This document shows positions 38,401 to 49,375 of a DNA stretch of 64,000 nucleotides, piece after piece. Numbering within the stretch: the stretch's first letter is position 1; every line of letters begins with the position of its first letter. This DNA is from Azolla caroliniana (Eukaryota > Plantae > Polypodiophyta): the NCBI GenBank assembly GCA_043228905.1, contig JBHGNT010000020.1, forward strand, positions 12,586,001 to 12,650,000. Reading direction: 5' to 3'. The position numbers and the translations under genes were made by a program. Under the pieces are notes generated by a model. That model had not been told where the DNA came from. It was given only the letters and a program-made list of their open reading frames with translations, and made no database searches.

Positions 38401-39329
38401 CCATCTCTCTTAATGCATGGAACGAGATTGAGAAAATTCAAAAGATGTTTTTAAGGAGGCAATTAGGAGTTAAATGCACTACCTCTTACCAGGTTATGCT
38501 CTTGGAAACGGGTGTTCGACCCATAGAACTATTGGCACTCCAAAGAGTATATAAATACATTACAAAAGTCAAGAATATGCCGAATCATCAATTACCACAT
38601 CTTTCTTGGAATGTTGGATGTAAGCTACAAAAGAATCATAAAAGTAAGATTCTCTCATCTGGTTGGGTTGTTGACATAAAGAAATGGTTTAGACGATGGG
38701 GTGTGGATGATCTTTTAGAGATTTCAGGCAATGCTATGCAATATGTAATGATTGAGGAAAGGTCGGTGGAATCATTAAGGATGAAGTGGGAGGATGCTAA
38801 GAGGACAAAGCTAGAATACTACATTGCAAATGTCAACCCTGAATGTTGGTCTCAATATAAAGCAAGAATGTCTATTGATCGTATCCAACCTTATCTCATT
38901 ACCAATATGAGTAGGAATGCTCGTAGAGCCCTTACACTACTTCGCACTCGATCTCACAAGTTAGGTATTGAAGTTGCATCATGGTATCAAAATGTAACGA
39001 ATTTGAAGACATGTAAAGTATGCAATGAAGGCATGGTAGAGGATGAATGTCACTTGCTCTTCACATGCTCGACATATAGTGCAATTTGTTCAAGATATGT
39101 TGACATACTAAGAGGGAGTGATAATTGAAGATCCATACTTAAGACACCACCTAGAAGGTTGAGCTCATATGTGTATGCTTTATTAACACATAGAGACTTT
39201 GTGGTTCAACATATGAATACCCCTTCTTAGGAAGGAGACATATATCAAGAACACATGTATACTCTGGTCCCATAGGTCAAAATTGGCCTCTTTATGGACG
39301 ATTCTAATTCTAATTCTAATTCTAATTCT
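35477..39329 (+). mobile_element. Near full-length two-ORF LINE (RTE-X/L2-like) inserted in the (CT)n tract of the chromovirus 3' LTR
   Basis: Coiled-coil ORF1 fragments 35729-36520; AP endonuclease (MGGFNARVG, SVVDYVL, SDHTP); RT (KQGCPLSP, LLYVDD); CX2C..EDE.H.LF.C motif; (AATTCT)n tail; LTR resumes at tcctctctcgggagtc. Confidence 0.93.
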
Positions 39330-39666
39330 TCCTCTCTCGGGAGTCTTACGCAGTCCCGTCCTCTTAGTACTAATAGTACTTCCCTTTTTTTAGTACTAAT
39401 TCTCTCCCTGTTTTAGTACTATTCCTGACAGTGGGAAGGTATTCTAGTTTGGTTTTCGTCAATCATATCTGATCCCCAATAACGATAGAAACATATATCT
39501 ATGATGTGATTTAAACAACTCCAACTTTCTTAAAAATGTTACGTTGTGAGATAATATTCACACCTTATTTCCATAGGTTATAAATATTACTATTATTAAA
39601 TTGTTGGCATGGTCAATGATCTTGGATTCTCCTAGATGTCTTCCATGTGTGTCTATACTATATCTA

Positions 39667-40364
39667 TGTTACGGGCATGACCATATAATATCCCATGGTA
39701 AGTTGTATCATAGTATTCTACACACAAGGATAACTTGTGAGGGTTAACCGCGAGTTTAGAGAAGGGCGGATTACTTTTAATCCTAGGGATTGTTCAACAA
39801 CCCATTAAGGCCAAGTGTGAACTTGCTTGGGGGCCTTAGGTTCGTTTATAAATAGGAGGTCTAGCTACCCTCATTTGAGACATTATTGACTACGTCGAGA
39901 CTCTGATCTTGTGGTGATAAACTCTTGTAGCGAGCGTGCTAGCACCAGGTACGAGCCGTTGCCACAACGGTGGTGTGGGACGCCGATTGAGGTTTGAGTC
40001 CATCTCGACCCCTTCACTTGGGGGTGGTCGGGTGGATCAACACCCTTCTTTCTCTCTCTTCTCTATTTTCCTATCTATTATTTCCTTATATTTTGCTTAC
40101 ATTAGGATAAAGTTCTAACCATTGGTATCAGAGCCTCGACGTAGTCGATAATATATCAAATGAGGGTAGTTAGGCCTCATATTTATAGCCAGACCTAAGG
40201 CCCCTAGGCAAGTTTACACTTGGCCTTAATGGTTGTCTCAATCCCTAGTATCAAAAGTAATCCTCCCTACATTAAACCCTCGGTTAACCCTCACAGGTTA
40301 TCCTCGTGTGTAGAATACTACGATACAACTTACCACGAGATATTATATGGTCATGCCTGTAACA
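39667..40364. mobile_element. LTR-derived fold-back element: LTR + tRNA-iMet PBS + inverted copy of the LTR's first ~240 bp
   Basis: TGTTAC..GTAACA ends; TSD ATCTA (39662-39666 and 40365-40369); arms 39667-39907 and 40127-40364; TGGTATCAGAGC at 40123-40134. Confidence 0.9.
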
Positions 40365-40490
40365 ATCTATCTATACATTTAGACATGTATAAATGATATA
40401 TGTGTATATGCCTATTCAATATCTATTTTTATATGGTTTTTTGTTCATAAATAAGTCAATCTAATGTTTCATGACGGTTTTGGATTGTAG

Positions 40491-40721
40491 CTTACAGATA
40501 AGGAGAGAGAAACCCAAAATATATATGAAGAGCTAGGAAGAACTAGAGATCAAAGAGATGCTATGAAGAAGGATGCTGACTTCATGTGTCAAGAGGCCAT
40601 TCGACTCATGACCCAACTTGAAAAACTAAACAAAAGAGTAGAAAAATTGGATGATGAAGTAATGCTAAAGGATGGACAATTATCAATTCTTTTGGGAGTT
40701 CTTCAGAGTTCTAGTGATTAG
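40491..40721 (+). CDS. Terminal exon 3 (76 codons + stop) of the coiled-coil gene
   Basis: Acceptor ttttggattgtag|CTT, phase 0; encodes LTDKERETQNIYEELGRTRDQRDAMKK...KRVEKLDDEVMLKDGQLSILLGVLQSSSD*, resembling the family C-terminus KKIE.LDEDILLKEGQITIL as recalled. Confidence 0.8.
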   Translation, partial: LTDKERETQNIYEELGRTRDQRDAMKKDADFMCQEAIRLMTQLEKLNKRVEKLDDEVMLKDGQLSILLGVLQSSSD

Positions 40722-41229
40722 CCCTTTGGATAATGATGATTATTGAGGTTCACAAAACCTTCAAAATCCCTTCATCTTCATTCTTGAGATTAAGCTTCCC
40801 TAGAGTGGTTCTTTTCACTACCAAGTTCATTCAAGAAACAAACTCATGTCCCTAATTTCACTTTAAAGCCTATTTCGTGGCATGTACTATGTGTACAACA
40901 ATTGACTTCCATTAGCACTTGAAGGAACTCAAAGCCAATTGTTACCCTAGAACCACTTCTAGCCACACACATGTTTTCACTAAAAATGTACACAACATTT
41001 GTCATGAAGATGTAGCAGTATATGTAACATATATCTATGATTGTATGACGTCATATTTTATAAATTTCTTCATAATGTAAGAACTTTTGATTTACCTTAG
41101 GATTTCTACAAAAAATCTTGAACTAGGGATAATCTAACAAAGACGTAATTATTCATATGATGTGTACATCATATTAATTCAACCATTCTACCTTTAATTA
41201 CTACTTGAATGAGTTGGTCCATGTAGAAG

Positions 41230-41620
41230 AACCAGATGCCCATCTATGTGACCGTAGATACGAGTCCATTTGGGATTGGACTAGTCATCAATCAAGACGG
41301 TGAAGATGGTGGTTGATATGCCATAAAGTTTGGGGCAAAGGTGCTTAGCAAATGACAAAGAGGATATGCACAAGTTAATAGAGAGCTATTGGGCATAATG
41401 TCTACGGTGAAGGAAAATAAGGACTATCTTATCAACACAAAGGTCGTGATTGAAAGATATTGTATTCCAATACTAGGGATGATATCAAGGTGTGCAATGA
41501 GGGACCTAGCCATGCTAAAGTGGATTGCATATCAAGTCTATGAATAGAGACTCTGTCCATCACATATCTTGCAAGACAATGCCATGACATATATACTATT
41601 AAGGGCAAGGTAGCAAGGCA
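41230..41620 (+). pseudogene. Old remnant of a gypsy RNase H from the same group as 55954-63260
   Basis: PIYVTVDTSP.GIG..INQ...FGAKVLS..QRGYAQV.REL...KDYLI...DLAML.WIAYIKS, with stops and frameshifts. Confidence 0.75.
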
Positions 41621-44598
41621 AATGTTGATCTTGATTTATTTAAGATGGCTCGAGCAATTGTTGAAGAATGGAATGGTTGCATATCGACAAAGTCTTGAGC
41701 TTAATGGAAACGGACACATTGTGGTCCGTTACTCTTGATTTATTTAAGATGGCTCGAGCAATTGCTAAAGAATGGAATGGTTGCATATCAACAAAGGCTT
41801 CAGCTCAATGACAACGAACATTTTGTGGTCCAAGGAGCAAACATAGAGAATACTGAAGAACATATACAAGTACCTCTTACAAGGTGGATATATTTGGAAG
41901 CACCTGAAGGAGAGAACATGAACACCATTGAGAGTGGTTTGCAAGGAGGAGCAACCGACTCTAATGCCGAGAAGCCAAACAAGAAACATTGATAACCAAG
42001 GATGGACAAGAACGTTGTCGTGAGGAATTCTGGCAACAAGGAGAAAAAGGGGTCAAATGCGCGGGAACGAGGGCTTGCGTTGATGCACTCAAACTATGTC
42101 TTTATGTACAAACGTGTGTAAATAGCATGGTGTTAGTTAAGTGTTGTGGAATACTAGGTAGGTGTTATTGATTGGTACTTTAAGGGCCACAAACATAGAG
42201 AATAATAGATATATTTGATGGAGGGAATCAGGGGAAATCTCAGTCCAAAGCAGCTGTCTTAACAACCTAAGGTAACGTCTCTCTCTCTGTGACATATACT
42301 CTCAACATGTTCAGGCCCATCTTGATAGGAATGCACACTCCGTTTGCACAACACTCGGCCACAACCGAGTCTAAAATCAAACACAAAAAACGGGTAATGA
42401 ACGCACGACACAATGAAGAGAAGAGTACACAGGATGTTAATGTGGAAAAACCCAAACTAGGGAAAAAACCACGGCAGCCCACAGACTGCAAACTATCACT
42501 ATCTCAGAATGTACAATAGTAAAGCACCGAGGCAATGACCTCGAGCTTGCTATCTTCGCCACAGGCGGCGGTTACAACAGAGGCAACAACCTCTTCCTCT
42601 CTCTCTCTCTCTCTGTCTATGTACTCTATTATGCGCTCTATAGTCTTACGCCAACAAGAAGACAACACATATACTGAGTTTGCCCTAAGTCATATTTATG
42701 ACTTTTTGGCTATTTACAAATATAGCCCCGATGGACTCTTAGAAAAAATATTTACGAATATGTCCCTTCATCCGGTGAGCACTTCTCACCGGGCCTTCAC
42801 CATCCTGCTCTTGCCGGGTACTCCTCATCCGGTTCTCACCGGGTCTTCCGTAGCCGGGTACTCCGCATGCGCTAGCATACTCCAGACCCTCTCCATTATG
42901 GTCCGGTTCATCCTCTCGGCCAACCCGTTTAGTTCGGGCGTCTTCGGCACGGTAAATTCGAGCCGGATTCCCTTCGAGCGACAGTACTCCTCGAACTGCC
43001 CCTGGTATTCACCTCCGTTATTTGCTCGAACCGCCTTCAGCTTCCGGCCGGTTTCTCTTTCCACTCTCGCGTGAAGCTCTTTGAAGACGGATAACACCTG
43101 ATCCTTCGTCTTCAACGGTGTGGCCCACAGCTTCCGGTTGTGGTCATCTATGAACGTCACGAAGTACTTCGATTCTGCATGTGACTTCGTGTCCACTTGA
43201 CACACATCAGCATGCACCAACTCCAGTGGTGCATTATGTCTCATCGGTGGCCTTGGTCGGAAGGAGGTCCGGTTTTGCTTACCGGTCAGACAATCAGTGC
43301 ACTTCTCCAAGTGCACGTTCTTCATTGGAATGAGGTCATGTGACACAGCCTTTTGTGCCACAGCTCACCAGCAGTGTCGGATGCCACGTTCACTTCCTCC
43401 GGACATAACCAGGCATTCATCAGGTACAATGTGTTTACCTTCCGGGCCCGAGCCACAATTAGGCTCCCTTTTGCTGAACTTTATAACACCGTTCTGGATG
43501 CTACCCGTGTAGCCTTCATCATCTAGCCGACCGACTGATATCAGGTTTAGACGAACCTCCGGAACATGTCAGACATCCTTCAACAACAGCTTGCATCCGG
43601 TTGGTGTTGTTAGCCACACGTCTCCTATACCGACAATTCGGCATGTTCCTTCATTCCCCATCTGGACACTGTCGTGATCACCGACTGAGTAGGATGAGAA
43701 GCATTTCCGGTCCGGGGTAAGGTGGAACGACGCTCCGGAGTCGACCACCCAGGTCATCTCATCGCCAACAAGGTTTATCTCACTCTCCTCAGTGATGAGC
43801 ATCAACTCTTCTTCACTTGCCGTTATTGCCGTCGTTCCCTTCCGATCTTTACCATTCCGGTCCGGTGTCCGCTTCGAATCGATACCGTCGGTTTCCTTGT
43901 CTTTTCGGAAATGCTGATAGTTCTTCTGGAAGTGTCCTGGCTTGCCGCAATAGAAGCAAGTAGGCCTCCCCCTTGACTTTGACCGTGTCCCCAACTTTTC
44001 CCGGTTCTGGGGACTACGGTTCCTTTGTCTTCCGTGTTCCAATTCGGTAAGGAGCGCTTTGGAGTTAGAGCTCGTATCCTTATCTTTCCGACGCGCCTCC
44101 TCATCTAGCAAGCTCAACTTCACTCTTGCTAGGGATAACCGTTTCCCTTCCGGCCCGACGTTGCCCAAGGTGACAACCAACGTCTCCCAGCTATCTGGGA
44201 GGGAACCGAGCAGGAGTAGTGCTAGTACCTCATCGGCAAGAGGTACTTCCAATGATGTTGCCTGGTGGATCAGCCCCTGGAAGGCATTCATGTGCTCCGC
44301 CATGCTGGAGCCATCTTGGTACCGGAGTCTTACTAGCTTCCGAAATACCGAAACTTGATTGACAACATTTTTGTTCTGAAACATAATGCCGATCTTCTCC
44401 CAGAGCTCATGAGCCTTGCTCTCTTCATTGAAGTTGTTATATAGACTCATGTCGATGAAGCACCGTATGTAAGCCGTTGTCTTCATGTGCATCACCTCCC
44501 ATATCGCGGCGTCGATTTTGTCCGGTCTCTTGTCCCCGAACTGAACCGGCAACCTGTTGGGATTACGGTCCCTCCGGATGGGATGGTTAGATGTCCGT

Positions 44599-44825
44599 GA
44601 ACCGGATGATGAAGACCCGGTATCGGAACCGGATGATGAAGACCCGGTTACGGAACCGGATGATGAAGACCCGGTTTCGGATCCGGATGATGAAGACCCG
44701 GTATCGGAACCGGATGATGAAGACCCGGTATCGGAACCGGATGATGAAGACCCGGTGTCGGAACCGGATGATGAAGACCCGGTTTCGGATCCGGATGATG
44801 AAGACCCTGGCTACGGAGCCGGATG
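44599..44825. repeat. 27-bp tandem repeat (~8 copies) in copia LTR U3
   Basis: Head-to-tail GAACCGGATGATGAAGACCCGGTATCG units with no spacers. Confidence 0.95.
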
Positions 44826-45011
44826 ACGAATGTACCCGGAGAGAGATCCGGATGCGGGGACATATTTGTGAATATGTTTGCCAAGGGCCCTCGAGGCTAT
44901 ATTTGTAAATAGCCCGAAAGTCATATGTGTATAAATATGACTTAGGGCAAACAGTTTGTCGTTGTTGCTCATTTTTCTGTTTTCCACTTAGAGGGAGTGA
45001 AGTGAGAGCAG

Positions 45012-45056
<45 letters not shown>

Positions 45057-45351
45057 GAAGAGGTCGTTGCCTCTGTGTATTACCGCCGCCTGTGGCGAAG
45101 ACAGTGAGCTCAAGGTTGTTGCCTCGTAGCTTCACCATTGTACATCTCTGCTTGTAGTGATAGTTGGAGTTTGAGGACTCCCGTGGTTTTTTCCCATTTA
45201 GGGTTTTCCACGTAAAACATACTGTGTACTCTTCTCTCTATTGTCTTTGTGCATTTTGTATTTCCTGTTTTCTGTGAGTTGATCCTATTCCTCGGTTGTG
45301 GCCGAGCACCGTTTGCAACAAAGTGGTATCAGAGCAAGGTTAACATAGAAA

Positions 45352-48300
45352 ATGGAAGGCGGCGGTAGTGGGCCTCCGGGCATGATGGTGTTGAACTCAC
45401 AGAACTACGCCGACTGGAAGATAAAGATGGAAGACCTTCTCATCGTCCGAGACCTGTACGAACCGATCGACAATGCCGAGATACCCAAGGGGGTAATAGA
45501 GTCGGAGTGGAAGCTCCTGAACCGGAAAGCCGTAGCGACGATCCGGCAATACGTCGATGTAAGTGTTCTGCAACATGTGGCGAATGATACAAACGCCTAT
45601 GAGATGTGGCAGAAGCTGTCCGGACTTTATGAGAGGAAGAATGCTCTGACCCGGACCTCCCTGATGAGGAAGATAGTGAATCTTAAGTACCGGGACGGCG
45701 AGAGCATGGTCGAACACGTCAGCACGTTCATGGGATTCGTAAACCAGCTTGCGGCGATCAAGTTCCCGTTGGATGACGCAATGCAAGCCATCATGCTGAT
45801 GTGTACCCTTCCGGAGAGCTGGGAGAACTTGGTAGTTACTCTCAGCACCTCTTGTAAGGAAGAGAACTTGTCTTTACTAACGGTAAAGACAAGTATTCTA
45901 AATGAAGAAGCGCGTCGGAGAGATAAAGAACCGGCCTCCGACTCGAAGGCGCTGCTTACCGAATCGGAACGGGGAAGACAACGGAACCGGAGTCCGCAAA
46001 GACGGGAGAAGTCGGGGACACGGTCGCAGTCGAGGGGAAGACCTACATGCTTCTACTGTGGGAAGCCGGGGCACTTCCAGAAGAACTGTCGGCATTTTCC
46101 GGAAAGACAACGGAACCGACGGTACCGATTCGAAGAAGTCACCGGAGCGAAACGGTGCATACCGGGGAGCCACGGACCGGAGAGGTCCGGATCGGCGAGG
46201 GCAGGACCGGAAAGGAACGACGGCAGTCGCGGCAAGTGAAGAAGAGATAATGCTCATTACCGAAGAGAGGGAGCTGAACCTTGCTGATGAAGAGATGACC
46301 TGGGTGGTCGATTCCGGAGCGTCGTTCCACCTGACCCCGGAGAAGAAATACTTCTCATCCTACACAGCCGGTGAGCACGGCTGTGTCCGGATGGGAAATG
46401 AAGGTACATGCCGGATTGCCGGCATAGGAGACGTGTGGCTGATGACATCAACCGGATGCAAAATGCTGCTGAAGGATGTTCGACACGTTCCGGAGGTTCG
46501 ATTGAACCTGATTTCGGCCGGGAGGCTAGACGATGAAGGCTACACGGGTAGCATCCGGAACGGCGTCATGAAGTTCAGCAAAGGGAGCCTGATAGTGGCT
46601 CGGGCCCGGAAGGTCAACACACTGTACCTGATGAATTCCCGGCTATGTCCGGAGGAGCTGAACGTGGCAGCTGACACTACCGGTGAGTTGTGGCACAAGA
46701 GACTGTGCCACATGAGCGAGAAGGGGATGAAGAGGCTTGCCGAAGACAACCGGATACCGGTAAAGCACGTGCACCTGGAGAAGTGCACCGATTGCCTGGC
46801 CGGTAAGCAGAACCGAACCTCCTTCCACTCAAGGCCACCGACGAGACGTAGCGCACCATTGGAGTTGGTGCACACTGACGTGTGTCAAGTAGAAACGAAG
46901 TCACATGGCGGAGCCCAGTACTTCGTGACATTCATTGATGATCACAGCCGGAAGCTGTGGACGGCACCGTTGAAGAAAAAGGACCAAGTGTTGTGCGTTT
47001 TCAAAGAACTCCACGCGAGAGTGGAAAGGGAATCCGGCAAGAAGCTGAAAGCGATACGAGCGGATAACGGAGGGGAATACCGAGGGCAATTTGAGGAGTA
47101 TTGTCGCTCGAAGGGAATCTGGCTCGAGTTTACTGTGCCAAAGACGCCGGAACTGAACGGGCTGGCCGAGAGGATGAACCGGACCATAATGGAGAGGGTC
47201 CGGAGTATGCTGGCGCATGCGAAATTACCCAAGGGGTTTTGGGCTGAGGCAATGTCGACGGCGACATATGTGATAAATAGATCACCCTCAGTACCCCTGG
47301 ATGGAGACACGCCACAGAGAGTGTGGACCGGTAAGGAAGTATCCTACCGGCATCTGAAGGTGTTCGGGTGTCTCGCATACGTGCATGTGGCGAAGGACCG
47401 GAGAGGAAAGTTAGATCCAAAGACCCGGCCATGCATATTCCTCGGTTACGGCGACGACGAGTTCGGCTACCGAGTATGGGACCCGGTCGACAAAAAGATA
47501 TTCCGGAGTCGTGATATCATCTTCATGGAGGACAAGACACTCGCCGACTGGGAGTCGGAGAAGAAGATGAAGAGCTCCAAGTCGACCGGTGAGGATCAAC
47601 TCTACGAGGAGCAGTCCCGACCGGCAAGGGACCGGTTAGCACTCGAGGATCCGGCCGAAGACGGTGAAGAAACAGAACCGGCTGAGGAAGATGAAACAGA
47701 TACCGGAACCGGCCCCGATCCCGAAATGGATTCGGATGAAGAGGAAACGGAGGAGCCGGTTACCGAAGCTCCGGAACGGAGATATCCTCTAAGAGAGAGA
47801 AGGGCCCCCCGGAGATTTCCGGAACCAGAGCACGTGCTGCTAACCGACGAGGGGGAGCTGGAGAGTTTTGAAGAAGCAAAGCTTGACACCCATAGCCGTA
47901 GGTGGTTAAGTGCCATGCAGGAGGAGATGGATTCCCTGCATGAGAACCACACATATGAACTTGTGGAGTTGCCGAAAGGAAAGCGGGCACTTCGAAACAA
48001 GTGGGTGTTCAAGCTGAAACCGGGAGATGCCGGAAACCCCCCGAGATACAAAGCCAGGATCGTGGTGAAGGGGTTCCAGCAGAAGAAGGGCGTCGACTTC
48101 GACGAGATATTTGCCCCGGTAGTGAAGATGGCCTCCATCCGGACGGTGCTGAGCATAGCGGCAAGCATGGACCTCGAGGTAGAACAGATGGACGTGAAGA
48201 CGACATTCCTTCACGGTGACCTCGAAGAAGAAATCTACATGCAGCAACCGGAAGGATTCGAGAAGAAAGGGAAGGAGCACCTGGTATGCCGGTTGAAGAA

Positions 48301-49375
48301 GAGCCTTTACGGACTGAAGCAGGCTCCCCGGCAATGGTACCGGAAGTTCGACTCTTTCATGACCGACGAAGGGTACCACAAAACGCAGTCCGATCACTGC
48401 GTGTTTGTGAAGAAGTTCGAAGGAGGAGACTTTTTAATACTCCTCCTGTACGTGGACGACATGTTGATCGTCGGACGGGACCAGGTCAAGATACGGATGC
48501 TGAAGAAAGCGCTTCACCGAACCTTCTCAATGAAGGACCTGGGTCCGGCGAGGCAAATACTAGGGATGCACATCATCCGGGACCGGAAGAAGAAGTAGTT
48601 GTGGCTGTCACAGGAGAAGTACGTGACAAAGGTGCTTCACCGGTTCAACATGTCGGAAGCAAGACCGGTCGGGTCAACCCTCCCGGCAAACTGCAAGCTG
48701 TCCAGCAAGCAAATCCCCAAGACAAAGGCTGAGAAGGAGGACATGATGAAAGTACCATATGCCTCTGCCGTCGGAAGCTTGATGTACGCAATGGTGTGTA
48801 CAAGACCGGACATAGGATATGCAGTCGGAGTGGTGAGCCGGTACATGAGCAATCCCGGCAAAGAGCACTGGAACGCGGTCAAGTGGATACTCCGATACCT
48901 GAAGGGCACGACAAACGTGTGCCTCCGATTCGGCTCCGGCAAGCCCGAACTCGACGGCTTTACCGATTCGGATATGTCGGCTGATGCAGATACCAGCCGG
49001 TCCACATCAGGGTATGTGATGACGTATGCAGGGGGAGCTGTTTCGTGGCAGTCGAGGCTGCAGAAGACGGTTGCGTTGTCAACCACGGAGGCGGAGTACA
49101 TGGCGGCTGTTGAAGCCGGCAAGGAAATAATATGGATGAAGGACTTCGTTAGAGAGCTCGGTATCCGGCAGGAGGAGTACCGACTCTACTGCGACAGTCA
49201 GAGTGCCATCCACCTTGCGAAGAACGCAGCCTATCACTCCCGGACGAAGCACATCCAACGAAGATATCACTGGATCCGGGAAAGGATAGAAGACCAGGAG
49301 TTCGTGCTGACGAAGATCCACACGGACGAGAACGGGTCAGATATGCTGACCAAAGTGCTCACACCCGACAAGAAC
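45352..49375 (+). pseudogene. Copia gag-pol polyprotein with one frameshift (~46095-46098) and one in-frame stop (48596-48598)
   Basis: CFYCGKPGHFQKNC, WVVDSGAS, VHTDVC..DNGGEY..NGLAERMNRT, LLYVDDML and FTDSD/YCDSQSAI. Confidence 0.93.

Larger units (their letters stand above)
28744..39430 (+). mobile_element. Full-length degenerate Ty3/gypsy chromovirus (Tcn1-like) carrying two nested insertions
   Basis: TSD GTGGG (28739-28743 and 39431-39435); 5' LTR from 28744; PPT AAGGGGAAGATAG; 3' LTR 35136-39430 split by a LINE; gag, protease (DCGA), RT (YLDD), RNase H (EADASDFALG), integrase and chromodomain (EYEVTAVLDSK..YYLVDWLGY..SERTWE). Confidence 0.95.

Noticed and set aside
44557-44908. Repetitive ORFs (EPDDEDPVS, MMKTRYRNR) and array-like repeats
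   Set aside because: These are translations of a spacer-less 27-bp tandem repeat in an LTR; neither a gene nor a CRISPR array.
46090-46100. Programmed gag/pol frameshift in the copia
   Set aside because: The sister copy at ~16800 has CATTTCCGG where this one has CATTTTCCGG, so it is a 1-nt insertion or homopolymer error; copia gag-pol is normally a single ORF.
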